Position numbers and translations under genes: made by a program. Below, piece by piece: positions 37,070 through 50,470 of a stretch of 64,000 nucleotides of DNA. Source of the stretch: Lama glama (taxonomy: Eukaryota). The notes below the pieces were generated by a model that worked only from the letters and a program-made list of their open reading frames with translations, was not told the origin of the DNA and did not search any database. Position 1 is the first letter of the stretch. The number at the start of each line of letters is the position of its first letter. Where the stretch lies: positions 14,262,001-14,326,000 of the forward strand of contig CM052816.1 of the NCBI GenBank assembly GCA_028534125.1, in the 5' to 3' direction.

Positions 37070-37985
37070 CATTGAAAAGACCCTATCGAGAAAATGAAAA
37101 GACAACCCAGAATAGGAGAAGATAGTATTTTTTGAACAAAGGGCTCATATCCAGAATATATAAAGAACTTCTAAGAATCAGTAAGGAGAAAGAAACCATC
37201 CAACTGAAAAACAGACAAAAGTCTTGAAAAGACAATTCACAAAAGAAGATATCTAAATGGCTGATAAACTTATAAAAAGGCACTCTATTTTGTTAATCAT
37301 CACAGAAATGCAAATTAAAACCACAGATAATGGTTAAAATAAAAAGCAGAAAATAGCAAATGTTGCTGAAGGTATACAACAACCAGAACTCTCAAACTGG
37401 GAATGTAAATTTGTAGAACTACTTTAGAAAACTGTTTAGCAATATCCATAAAGATGAATTTATACAAACTCTATGTCCCAACTTTACTCTAGTTATATAT
37501 CCCAACAGAAACACATATATTCACCAAAAGACATACCAAGATGTTCAAAGCAACAGTATTCATAAAATTGGAAAATACCCAAATGCCTATCAACAGCAAA
37601 ATGGGTAACTAAATTATGGTAACTTCACACAATGGGGTACTATACAGCCATGTGAATGAATAAACTGTAACAACGCACAACAGCACGGGTGAATCTCATA
37701 ATGTTGAGCAAAAGAAACCAGGCACAAGAGCATTTATTGTATGACTGTACTTTATATTATAGAGACCAAAATCAGGCAAATCTAACCTGCCAGTTAAGTG
37801 GTTACCCTGGGCAGGGGCACAGCTGGAAGGGCACTTAAAGGGAGCTTTTGGAGTGCTGGTAATGCTGCTTCTTGATCAGCATACTAGTTAATGTGCATGT
37901 TCAGCTTGTGAAAATTCACAGAGCTATGTACGCATTTATGACTTGTGCATGTTTCTGTATGTAAACCATATTACATTAACAATTT
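37070..37985 (+). mobile_element. Old L1 (L1MC/ME-like) ORF2 end and 3'UTR
   Basis: catatccagaatatataaagaactt..gaaatgcaaattaaaaccaca..gaatctcataatgttgagcaaaagaaaccag. Confidence 0.8.
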
Positions 37986-38149
37986 CACAAGGGGAGAAAA
38001 GGAGACTGGCAGAGGAACCGTGAAACCAAGTCCCCCTAAAACTGAGTTTCCCTGCTGAGTTTATGATTAACCACTCTATCCAAAACTTTATCCGTTTCCT
38101 GTCCTGCCCAATTTCCCTCAGGATTAAGGGGTACCAAAGAAAATGGGGG

Positions 38150-38880
38150 AATTAAACCAGTCAGGACCCTATGGGGCTGCCCCTCCATCTCCCCTGGGTT
38201 TTTTTGTTTTTTTTTTTAAATACATTTAATTTTTATTTTTTGGAGAGGGAGACAGTTGGGTTTACTTATTTATTTATTTTTGGAGGAGGTACTGGGGATT
38301 GAACCCAGGACCTTGTACATGCTAAGCATGCACTCTACCACTTGAGCTATATACCCTCCTCCCCACCTTGTTTCTTGTTCGCAGGGGGAAAAAAAAGTCT
38401 TTAGACTTCTAGGTCTTCCCAAAGAGCCGGCTCAAGCAGTTAATGATTAGGACAACAGAGTCACAGGACTCCTAGTTCCTCCTGAAAGAATACAGATAAT
38501 CTAATGTATATCTTTGAGTTGTTCTGCATAAACTAACACCCCCACCCAGTAGAGGATGGTGACCACATACTGACCGCAAGCACATAGACCCCAGACTGGT
38601 TGGAACCAGAAGGCTGAGATTCCTGAAACATCACTGTTACTTTACCACCAATCAATCAGAAGGAGGTCCAGGAGCTAATCACGCATCCTATGACCCTCTC
38701 CCCTTAAACTTGTCTTTAAAAACCCTCACGTGAAAGCCATGGGGAGTTTGGGTCTTTTGAGCATAAGCTGCCCGTTCTTGCTTGGCGCCCTGCAAATAAA
38801 CCCTTACTTTGCCGCAAACACCTGCTGTCAAGAGTTTGGCTTTCTGCACCACAGGCACACGAGCCCTGGCTTGGTTAACA
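38150..38880 (+). mobile_element. ERV1-class solo LTR (MER34/MER41-like), antisense to NDFIP1; 5' boundary uncertain
   Basis: TATA-like tctttaaaaaccc ~38713, AATAAA 38795-38800, U5 gagtttggctttctgcac..cttggttaaca terminus. Confidence 0.75.
38197..38364 (-). mobile_element. tRNA-derived SINE (Vic-1-like) nested in the LTR
   Basis: ggtactggggattgaacccaggacc..ctctaccacttgagctatataccc preceded by T-rich tail. Confidence 0.9.
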
Positions 38881-39648
38881 ATGCAGACTATGAGCCCTCT
38901 GTAGACTGGGACCTTTGCATGGTTTACTGCTATAGTCACCCCAACACTTCAACAGTGAGTGGCACATTATGGATACTTCATTAGCACATGTTGACTAAAG
39001 CAGACCTGGAGGTGTAGTTTTAACAGAAACCTACCTGAAGACATGGCAGCTAGCCTTAATGCCATCTTAACTCACTAGTTTATATTTACTTAAAGTATTC
39101 GTGTTACTTTACAAATCACCAAATAAACGTAACTCAAGGCATGGAGCCACAAGTAGATGACTGCTCTATCTGTAGACGGGACAGTGAATGATGGCTGCAT
39201 GAGTGACCAACAGCGGGTGGCCTCCCCATCACTACTTAGCACAAGAAGCACATACAACATGTGGAGAACCGAGGAGAAACAGCGCTTTACAAAACGACGA
39301 AGGAAAAAGCAGCTCTCTCTTACTGACTGGTCTAAAAAGCAAAGGGGTATGGTGGGAAAAAGGATTCAGAAAAGACTGCTATGATACAGGTTGTATACTC
39401 ACAGGTGTTTGTCTTCATGCTTCATAAGGTACCTATGCAATACACCTATCAACACTATGGTTCCACAGCTGCCAATTTTAAAAAGAAATGTAACGAAAGT
39501 GTAAGAAACACAAAGGAGGAGCAGACCTCTCCAACTTTCTTCTCTTTACAAATAAACATTTAACATTTAGTATTTAACATATAGCACAGCACAGTGTATT
39601 GGGTACAAACAGGTATTCAATAAATGTTTGCAGTACCTATGAAGGACA

Positions 39649-39770
39649 ATTTTGGGGGGGGAGAGATAATTAGGTTTATTTATTTTTTTTTTCGTGGAAG
39701 TACTGGGGATTGAACCCAGGACCTTGTGCACACTAAGCACATACCCTACCACTGAGATACACCATCCCCC
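39649..39770 (-). mobile_element. tRNA-derived SINE (Vic-1-like)
   Basis: taattaggtttatttattt..gtactggggattgaacccaggacc..accactgag. Confidence 0.88.
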
Positions 39771-40454
39771 TGGAAAACTGGCATTTGATCACACTGTAAT
39801 TCCTAAAGTTTTTCCCTTCTAAAAACAACCAAATGGCATATCCAAAAAAAGGGGGGGAATATTCTACATTAAAAAGACAGCAAAGTCAAATATACAGACA
39901 CTGAACGTGACAGACATGCCAAGAATCCAGACTCATGCTGACTGCAGCCTGCTTGGCTCTGCTAGTCCCATAAGCTACCAGAGCTCTCTCGGCTATGCTT
40001 GCTTGTAATTATTAGATGATGATGATGATGCCTGGGGTAGAGCATACTAAGGCAGAGATTATGGATGGGAAATGGTAATGTATTCAAGAGTCTGCCTTAA
40101 CTTAGGCCTGGTCATGAGGTCCCCTTCTGTAAGAACCAGAGCCAAGGGGAGAAGCATTAAGCACTTCATATCTTCCCCTTCACCTCATCACAGAATGTAC
40201 CATTATGTAAGTGTGCAATTGCTATATTTACTAAACACTATTCAAAGAACATATCAGGCCATGACCGGTGTGGGGTCTGAATGTGACTGGTGTTTTTGAC
40301 CTCGCTGAAAGTCTAAAGCTCAGCAAAGAAAAGATAATCGGAAGAAGTAATTACAATTATAATGTTCCAGTTAAAGATTAAACACACACACTTGCCTCTT
40401 ATTCCTTCCAAAACCCTTCTCAAATGTAAATACTAGTAAAGTTTTGTTAATTTT

Positions 40455-40668
40455 TTGTTTGTAAGTATTTTCTTTAACTGAAGTATAGTTGATTTACAAT
40501 GTTTCAGGTGTACAACAAAGGGGTTTAGTTATACATATATATATTCTTTTTCAGATTCTTCTCTAATAAGTTATCACAAGATACCGAATATAGTTCCGTG
40601 CTTTACAGTAGGTTCTTGTTTACTAATTAGTGTGTATCTGTTAATGCCAAATTACTAATTTCCTTAAT
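40455..40668 (-). mobile_element. Short L1 3' end insertion
   Basis: aactgaagtatagttgatttacaat..tcagattctt; perfect 18-bp TSD taaagttttgttaatttt at 40437-40454 and 40669-40686. Confidence 0.88.
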
Positions 40669-40699
40669 TAAAGTTTTGTTAATTTTGAGGCAAAAAAAA

Positions 40700-42960
40700 A
40701 ATCAAACCCAGAATAAAAAGCAAGTAACAAGAGAGGAAGCAGCAAGAAAATCCTGAAAGCTAGAAGCAGGATGACAGGTGACAACTTACACAGCAGACCC
40801 AAGAAGACAGAATGCTAAAGCAGAACACAGAAAAGCAACTTGTCTTGCACTACACCCTCCAAAGGCTCAAGAATTGGTGGTTGCAGGTTACCAGTGGAAG
40901 TAGGAGTGGAAATGAGATTTAAAAGCACAAAGAGAGGTTGGAGACCCAGGTAAACACACACAGCTCCCAGGATCCCCATTAGGAACCTGGAGGTTTACTC
41001 TCTGGAGAGAGTGAAGCAGAGAGGTCTGGGCTGGAGACACCAGAGTTTAGGAGAAAGAGCAGCATATTAGAAAAGAGTGATTAAATGAGAGATGTATGTA
41101 CTAACCCTTGAGATTGCCCAGTCTTCCTCTGCCAATCAGCTCCCAGAATTCTAGCTGCCAGGCCTATTCTCAGGGGAAACTGACCAGCCCAAGAAGAAAG
41201 ACCTACAGACACTATCACTTGGAGAAACAGCCTAGTCGGTTTACCAGGCAAGAAGCCTTGGCAGGAAGCTCCACCAAGCACACTGATCACGTACTCTCAA
41301 CCAAGCAGATAAAGATCACCACAGAGCTAACGAAAGCTTCTAGTTTCTGACTTAAAGGTCATAAAAGAGCAAAGCAGAGAATAAATGCAACATGGAGAAA
41401 ACAACTACGCAGGGAGGCATAAACTTTAAAAAGAAAAGAAAAAATTTTCAATATTCTCAGAGAAGTAAGAGGAAAAAATCAGAACCACAAAACAAGGACA
41501 GTGTGCTTTTTTTTTTAAAAAAGGAGGAGACAATTGGAGAGCTTCTGAAAACTAAAAATAACATATTAAAATTTCATCAGAGTTGGAATATAAAATTAAG
41601 AAAATCTCATGGAAAGTAGAGGAAAAAGAGATGAAAAATATAAGAAGAGGTTAAAAAATTTTTAAGAATCAGTACAAAAGATCCAAGATCCAAAAGGAGA
41701 AGGGGAAAAAAAATTAAAAGCACAGAAAAACAAAAATCAAACAAATACTTTCTAAAATTTCCCAGAACTGATGGACCTGAGCTTCTAGACTGAAAGGGCC
41801 CACTGAGTGCCTGGCACAAAGAATGGAAATAGATCCATACCAAGGTGTAACATAGTGAAATTTAACAACACTGGGGACAAAAAGAAGCTCCTAAAAGGCT
41901 TCCAGAGAGACAGAGAAAGTAGGCAACATCTAAAGAATCAAACGTCACAAATGACTTCAGTCTTCCTCGTAGTGGAACCCAGGAGGCAATGGAGCAAAAG
42001 GATTCAAAATTCTGAAGGGAAATGTTTCCAACCCAGAATTGTCTAAGTAAGGGTGAAGATTAAAAAAAAAGGTCTTAGATGTTCAAAGTCTCAAAAAAAA
42101 AAAGTTTAACCCCTGTGTATTCTTTCTCAGAAAGACACTGGAGGGTGTACTCCGTGGAAGTGAGACAATAATCCAAGAAAGAAAAAAAAAAAAAAGATGT
42201 GACTCAAGGGAAGAGTCTTCAATTAAAAAGACTTGAGAAAGGAAATTCCCCAGGATGACAACTAAACAGGAGGCCTTGAGAGCAGCCTTCTAGAACAGGT
42301 CAAAAGCCAGGAAGGAAAGATGCACGTACCCACTTCCTAACTCAACAATGAAATCAATAAAATACCTGATGTGTTTGAACGTATCAAAAAACTATTAAGA
42401 TTAACAGGTTAGAGTCTGAGGATGGATTTATACTATAAGCAATTTACAATATGTATATAGAAAATAAGCCAAACAAACAAAAAAATTTGTTAACTTTAGA
42501 AAAAATTAGGTACTACCAGGCAAGGAAAAGTAACCACAGCATACAACATACATCAGCTGTGAACAGCCTTTATTATTCTCAATTATTGTAAACACTAAAC
42601 AGTGATCTAACTACATTACATTATAGATATAACTATATTAGAAAAATGGAGGGTCAGGAAGTGGAGTATATGCAGTTGTAGGAGGATGCTAAAAGAAAGC
42701 TACATCCTTATATCCCATAGTGGTGAGTCAATTTTTTAAAACCTGAAAACTGAAAAATCAAGAAGTCACACATGATAAATGTTTTTTTTTAACCTATAAG
42801 GATAATAGCAAAACAGTAGAAAGAAACAGCTAAAAGAGCTAAGGAGCAGGCAAGTAAGCAGAAGAATCCTGTTTTTGGTAATAAGCCTTTAAGATTTGAC
42901 CCTAAACTATATATGTAAGATATAAAAACTAAATAAAAAGAAACAAAGATTAAAAACATT
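40700..42960 (+). mobile_element. HAL1 / L1 ORF1-like relic
   Basis: ORF 41807..42046 (PRCNIVKFNNTGDKKKLLK..QWSK..FQPRI) resembles L1 ORF1p C-terminal half; no ORF2 follows; purine-rich. Confidence 0.7.
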
Positions 42961-45929
42961 AAAATGTGATTACAAAACGTGTCACAAAAGTGGACTCTCA
43001 TGTTCAGGGGAAACTAACCTAACTGCGGGAGAGGGGAGGTACTCAAATTCCCCTTAGGACAGACTACCTAAACTGAGGTGGAGGCTAGAAAGAAGAGAGC
43101 ATTCTGGGTTGAGGCAACAGGGTGAGAGGAGGCCTCCTGGCCAGAGAGAGTGACATATTCTAGGAACTGAAACAAGCTCGCCATGGCAAACAACAAATCA
43201 TGAGAGTCGACCTCCACCCCCTCCCAAGTCCTGGCCTCTCGCATCTGTATCTTACCCTTCCTTCGAAGCCAGGCTCTAGTATCTTCTCAGTAGCTTCCTA
43301 GAAGTCTCTGCAACTGGGTGATCTCATCCATCTCAAAATGATGCCTTTTATCCACTATCTTGTTCTCTGACTTAATCTAATTAACATTATATCATAATAC
43401 ATTCTCAAAGGACTGAAGTCACTAAACAGGTATTTAGTGAATACTTACTGTATGCGTAAAATTGTGCTGGGTATTAAAAGTAAGGGAAAGAAGGAAAAAA
43501 AGGAAGGGAAGATAGGAAGGAGAGAGAACAATCAAAGCAGCAATCTACAGGCGCTCAGTAAACTTAATTAGGAAGGCCTGTGGTACATCCTTTTTCATTC
43601 CCTAATGTTTAAACATGCAGGTCGGAACTTCAGAAATGTCTTATTAATTAAATTACAAATGGCTCGTAAGATGAAGTCTTTGATGAATGGTAGCTTGACA
43701 TTTTTAACTCTATACATCCTCTAAGACAAGCATAAAAGTAACATTTTTGTAATAATAAACAGCACAGTGGGACTTCTAAAAAAATACTTTTTTTTCTTGA
43801 TTACAAAATTCCTAAGTTCACAAGGAGAAAATCTGGCAGAAATATAAAGAAGAAAATAAAACCACTACAATATCATCTTCCAGATGTCCTTCTAGCCTTC
43901 TGGGTGAATACAAATAATCTTACAACCTTTTGCATTCACTCCATGGTAGACTTTTCCTTCATCATTAAATATTCTTTCATAATATCACTGTAGTATTTGA
44001 AAGTCTGTCTGTATTTTTCATAGGGGAAAAAAGTTCACTTCTCAGAAATAACTATAGCATTAACTAGGTACAAGATCCTTTCAAACACAATTAAGATTCT
44101 CCCTTAAATATTTTCAATAAAATGTGAAGTCCTAAACTTAAAATGGTACTTGGACTACATTAAACGTGATACACAAAAAATAAAAATGTCCTAACCTCCC
44201 AAACAATGGTAGATGCTAATGTAATAAACCAATGATTGATTATTACCTTTCATCCCCAGCATAAATTGCCTTTTCTCCCCCTTGACTCAGCTAGTCATTT
44301 TAGCCAGAACTGAATGGTGACAAGATGGCTGTAAAGATCATACCATCACTTAACTGTGATCACCTCCATTAACTCTCTCACCTAAGATGAAACTGGACCA
44401 ATGTGTTTTAAGAGCATTAATGCTGTCCACCCTCACCTGCATGACTGAGAAGTGATTTTAAGTACGTACCCTCTAAAATATTGTATCTGAAAATGCAATT
44501 CAACTTCACAAGGACAAAGTGTTGAAAAGAATCTCCTATCAAACAGCAATCATGTATAAGACCTCGAAGGCTGCAGACAGCCCTCAAGTCATACTTCTTT
44601 TGCTGTTTCTATGATAACATAAGCAGATTTTCCAGAATTCTGAAAGTGAAACTACTAAAGGTGAGTAATAATACCAGAAATCGGGTCAGTTTCTTTAAAA
44701 AAGCTATGAAAACTTTTAAATATTTTCTTGCTTTTAAAAGACTTAATTTTACTGTGAACCTAAAATTGCTTTTTAAAAGTTTATTTGAAAAAAATTTTAA
44801 TTATCAATTAAGTTTCCTGCTTTCTAATAGCATCATTAATTTTTTGTCATGATATACAATGGTTGTTTGAAGTTGACCAGAAGGAAAAGATCTACAAACA
44901 GAATGTTTTAACTACTGCAAAATTATGGAACAATACTCTGTACTCATCAGTGACTCATTCTTTTAAAACATACTATTAAGATTTCTCTATATTTTTAAAT
45001 CATGAATAATTTAAAAAAAATCTACTGGACATAAAATCATCCATCTTTATTTACTGACACCACTTTCAAAAATAATTATTCATCGTGAAAGAAATTTGCT
45101 AAATCATCAATAGAATGCTATCTCTTTGGGTCAAAGCCACCAGCTTCTACACACAAAAACAATCAATCATAAAGCGGGAAGGAGTCAAAATAATCTAACT
45201 ACTAAACTACTTCATTATACGAAAGAAAATAAGGCTAGAAGGAAATTAAAGTTCTTGCCCAGTCATACAACACCTACTTACTTCATGGCAGAAGCTACAC
45301 AGTATATTACTGATTCGATGTGTTGATACAGTCCTTTTTTGTTCTCCTGAATAAGTCTCTACTTAGACAGGGCCCAAGGTGAGCCTTCCCAATACTGCAG
45401 TGTATGTCACAAGCTTCAAAAACTGCTTTTTAACACAGATATGTGAAAAATATGGATACAATACCATAAAGCTCCTAAAATGAAAACTTCAAAATACTAA
45501 GAACACTGTATCCCTGATTACCCAGTCTGCAGAATTTCACCTAAATTTAACAAGGACAAAATAAATTTTTAAAATCTAGTAACAAAGTAAACAGCAAAAT
45601 AAGCACTGAATTCAACTGAGAAAGAATTGTGGTGGTTCAGGGGACTTGGGTTTTATCTGCAGTGCTTTCAATTTTTATAGGATTATATTTACTGTTAATC
45701 AAACCTTTCTGTTTAGGATGCATCAGGGCATTGGATAAGACATGGGCATTATTTTATGCTATTCTTGCAACTTTCTGTAAGTTTGAAATTATTCACAAAC
45801 AAAAGAAATTTTAAGGAATTTTTTTTCAAAAAAAAGCAAAACATGATCATTAGTAGAAAATTTGGAAAATAAGAGAAATAACTCTTACCACTTTTCTTTA
45901 AAAGTACTGTTTAAAAAACAAAAACAGAA

Positions 45930-47530
45930 AAAGGCATTTGTCAAGACCTATGGAACTTTATAGCACAAAGAGTGAACTTTAATGCATGTGAAATTAAAAA
46001 AAAACACTTAGGTGGTTAGTGGTTCTCAGGATGGTATGTAGAATGTGATGAAACAATCTAACTGTATTATAAATTTATGAAACAAGCTCACTGAAGAAGG
46101 TGAGAAGAAAAGGTGCTAACCTAAGTAACTCTGGGAATGAGTCAAGTCTGCAGGACCAAGGTAAAAGAAACTGTACGTATGCCCTGTCGTCTAGTTGGTA
46201 AAACTGTTTCCCACAAGGGTGTGAATTAACGATTCTGATACAGCTAGACATGTATATTAAAACTGAAGTTAAATTAAGTAAATGGACGGCAGGTTGGAGA
46301 AGTCCGGTTTCTCACTGTTGGAGTAGAAGTTTAAAGATTAGAGAGAGCAGGAGGCTGGAGTGATCCATGTAGAGTCAGTTAGTTTAATACAGATACAGAT
46401 GGTTACATATAGAAATGCTTATGGACATGCATACACACATACATCGCTTTACTCTGTCAGCCTAGAAGGCCCAGAAGCCGTAACACACTAACAGCAACAA
46501 GCACAGATCTTGGTTTCTAATATTATTCTCCAATAAAAGGAACCAGGGCTCCTTGGAGAAACAGCTGATTCTAGGATGGCACAAAAAAATACACATGGTG
46601 AGACTGGTGCCAAAGTGCTTTAAAAAAACCACAAAGAGGGAGTTCTGTCAAACGGATATAAGTGCCAATTGAAAGAGATCCCAACGACCAAAGCTGAACA
46701 ATTTGAGCAACAAAATAAAGCAGTATTAGCTTATAACCCAAAAAACAAAATAAATGAGTCCACACTAGTATCACTGAATAAATAAATTAATGGAGAAGAG
46801 ACAAATGTCCCATGCAGAAACATTTCAAATAATTTACATAGATACTCTGCTCTCAATGTAGTGGTGGAGCTTAACTCTCCAATCCTTAAGAGTGGATTGT
46901 GCTTAGTGACCACAGTGACTTCCTCTCGAAGAGCACAGTACAGAAAGGGGGGTGGAGGGGTGGGAAGAGTCATTTTACAGTAGAGAGGTCTGACAAACAC
47001 TCTTTCAGCCAGATGATCAAGGTCAATATCAACAGTGATAAGCCGTGCTGATAGTATGCGTTCGTGGTATGATGTGACAAAAACAGCACCTTACCTCTGT
47101 GGTCTTCCTCCCCAAACCCCACCACCCCAGTCTAATCATGGGAAAAGCATCTGACAAATCCCAATTAAGAAACATTCTACAAATACTTGACCAATACTCC
47201 TCATACTGACGAGGTCATCAAAAACAAAGAAAACCTGAGAAACTGTCACAGCCCAGAGGAGTCTAGGGAGATGTAATGACCAAGTGTAATGTGGTAACCT
47301 GTACAGGATGGTGGAACAGAAAAAGGACACAGATAAAAACTGAAAATCTGAATAAAGTATAGACTTTAGTTAATAACAACATATTAATATTAGTTCATTA
47401 ATAGTCACAAATGTACCATACTAATATAAGATGTTAAAAGGGAACCTGTGTCTGGGCTATACAGAAACTACTATCATCAATGTTCCTGAAAATCTAAAAA
47501 TGCTACAGAAAGTTAAGTTTACTTTTTAAA
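45930..47530 (+). mobile_element. L1MC/MD-like long 3'UTR
   Basis: gtcaagacctatggaactt..gatcaaggtcaatatcaacagtgataag..aaaatctgaataaagtat..cacaaatgtaccatactaat. Confidence 0.8.
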
Positions 47531-48779
47531 TTTTTAACATTCTTTTTTTTTTTTTTTAAGGAAAATAAAGAAGCCCGAAGAATGCAAACCAAATTTGAGA
47601 AGCAGTTATACCTCTGAGGAGAGACTGGAAGGGAAGGGAAATCAAGTTTTCCTTTACAAAGTTACTGTCTGACTCCAATGTATGTATACGTGTACTATTT
47701 TATAACACAAAACGCTTAATATTTAAATGCCACATTTAAGCACTGAATGACAAATAAAATGAAAATGTTATTAAACAGAAGCCACTTCCTAAACTTTGTA
47801 TTTCTATTCATAAACTATCCAATCTCCAGAAAAGGCCATCAAATCACATTCAAGCCTCTGATTAACTACTGACATTACTGCAATATATGAATTTAAAAGA
47901 AACACTGTCAAAGATTATACTAAATTGCCAGTAGGGAATAAATATATAATACATGTGAAAGAAATTGCTTTAATCAGTAAGAAAATTATTTCACTAGAAA
48001 CATCTTAAGAGTGATCAGTATTTAGATCTGGTATTTAGAATTATAATAAAAATTCTGTTATTCAAAAAAATTAGTCAGCTTAATTGTAACAGCAGGATGT
48101 GCTAAGTGATGTCTGGTAACACTCGCTTTATTACTACACTTGGTGAAGGCAACAACACACACTGTACTTCTATCTAAACAGCCTCAAGAAGCAATTACAA
48201 CTGGAGTGTGTAAAGTTCAACAGATTCAATACATGATATTACCAATCATCCGGCATGTTGGCAAAATGACGTGGGAATAAAGAGAAGATCATCAAGCTGC
48301 TTCTCAGCATTAACCTCTAATTAAAGAGTTAAAAGGTGCTTTATCTAAAGGGGCATCATCCACTACTACAAGAATATGGTTCCACTGAACAGTGGTACTT
48401 GTTCAAAGATATGTAAGAATAAGTCATTAAGAAATCAAAGTAATTATTTTAAAGCCCTAAGAACAAATAAATAAGTTCTTCAAGTCTTCCTTTTTTTAAT
48501 TAACAAAAATACAAAATCACCCTCATGGTAGGATTTATTTTATAATCTAGTTTAATATAGAGTAATATAATTGGTGTCAAAGATAAAGTAATTTGAATTT
48601 ATGCGCAGGCAAAAAAGTGGGTGGCATCAGTTTAGATAATGCCAGGATTTCCTAGAGCACCTCACCAAGAGTAAGTCAAATACAATGGACAGTTGCAGAT
48701 TTGCCCCTCTTGATACTCACAAATCCTGATTCATAACATATTATAAATGTGCTCTCATGATATATTCCTCACAGGATAA

Positions 48780-50470
48780 TATCTGCTTAAAATATCATAC
48801 TATTATATCTCTTAGAATTATACACAAAAATATTTATGGATGAAATCATATAATTTCTAGGATTTGCTCCAAAATAATGGTAGGGAGTATAAATGAAAAA
48901 GATTAGCCATTTGTTGATAATTGTTGAAGCTGAGTGATGGGTGCATAAGGTTTATTATAGTACATTTTTGTATATGTTTGAAATTTTCATATAAAAAGTT
49001 GAAAATGTAAATAAATATTAAGATATTACTCCTAGAAGCAACCCAAGTCCCATCAACAGATGACCGGATTACTGATCAAAGCAGTATATATGGAGTATTA
49101 CTTGGCCATAAAGAATGAAATATTGCCATTTATAGCAAACTGGATGGACCTAGAGAACATTATGCTTAGTAAAATAAGTCAAAGATACAATATGATATCA
49201 CTTATATGTAGAATCTAAAATAATATAAATGAAGACATATACAAAACAGACTCACAAATAGAAAAAACAAACTTGTAGTTACCAAAGTGGAGAGTAAAGG
49301 AGGGAGGGACAAACTAGGGGTATGAGATTATCAGATACAAACTACTATATATAAAAGATAGGCAACAAGGATATACACATACAGGAAATTATACCCATTA
49401 TCTTGTAATATCCTATAATGGAGTCTAATCTGCAAAAATACTGAAACACTATGCTGTACACTTGAAACTAACACAATATTGTAAATCAACTATACTATAC
49501 TTCAATTTAAAAGAAAAAGAAACTACTTTTCCAATTTAACAAAAAAAAGCAAACAACCCAATTCAAAAAATTGGCAAAGGATTTGAATAAACATTTCTCC
49601 AATGGTATATAGTTGTCCAACAAACACACAAAAAGATGCTAAATCACTGATCACTAGCGAAATGCAAACTAAAACCATAGTGAGATGCCACTTCACACCC
49701 ATTAAGATGGCTTTATCAAAAACACACACATACACAAACACAAAATAACAAGTGTTGATGAGCATGTGAAAAAATTGGAATCCTTGTGCCCTGCTGGTAG
49801 GAATGTAAAATGGTGCATCACTATGGAAAACAGTATGGCAGTTCCTCAAAAAATTTAAAATAGCATTACCATATGAACCAACAATTCCACTTCTGGGTAT
49901 ATATCCAAAAGAACTGAAAGCTGGGACTTATTTGATACTTGTTCATCCATGTTCATAGCAGGATTATTCACAATGGCTAAAAGTGGATAAACAAAATGTG
50001 GTATACACATACAACGGAATATTATTCAGCCTTAAATGGAAGGAAATTCTGACACATGCCACAACATGGATGAACCTTAAGGACATTATGCTAAGTGAAA
50101 TAAGCCAGTCAGAAAGAACAAATACTATATGAATGTACTTATACGAGGCACTTACAGTAAGCAGATTCACAGAAAGTAGAATGATCGCTGTCAGGGGCTT
50201 GGGAAAGGGGAAATAAGAGATTACTGTTTAATGAGTATGGAGTTTCTAGAAATGAATGGCGGTGAAAGCTGCCCAACAATGTGACTGTACTTAACACCAC
50301 TGAACTAACTTTATACTTAAAAATAGTTAAAATTGGGGTTAGGGTATAGCTCAGTGGGAGAGTGCATGTTTAGCATGCACAAGGTCCTGGGTTCTATCCC
50401 CAGTATTTCCACATACACACAAAAAAATTACTAAAGGTGAACTTCATGTATATTTTACCACAACTAAAAA
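48780..50470 (+). mobile_element. Stack of L1 3' fragments (old L1M 48780-49020; younger L1 end 49030-49520; L1MB-like 49530-50470)
   Basis: tggatggacctagagaacattatgcttagt; gaaatgcaaactaaaaccatagtgagat; catggatgaaccttaaggacattatgctaagtgaaataagccag. Confidence 0.85.
50335..50427 (+). mobile_element. tRNA-derived SINE (short Vic-1-like) nested in L1
   Basis: agggtatagctcagtgggagagtgcatg..ggtcctgggttctatcccc. Confidence 0.88.

Noticed and set aside
38615..38632. Interferon-gamma GAS element in the ERV1 LTR, by analogy with MER41
   Set aside because: Reads TTCCTGAAA, not TTCNNNGAA
41807..42046. ORF1p-like ORF as a domesticated gene
   Set aside because: Only 79 codons within a frameshifted HAL1/L1 relic
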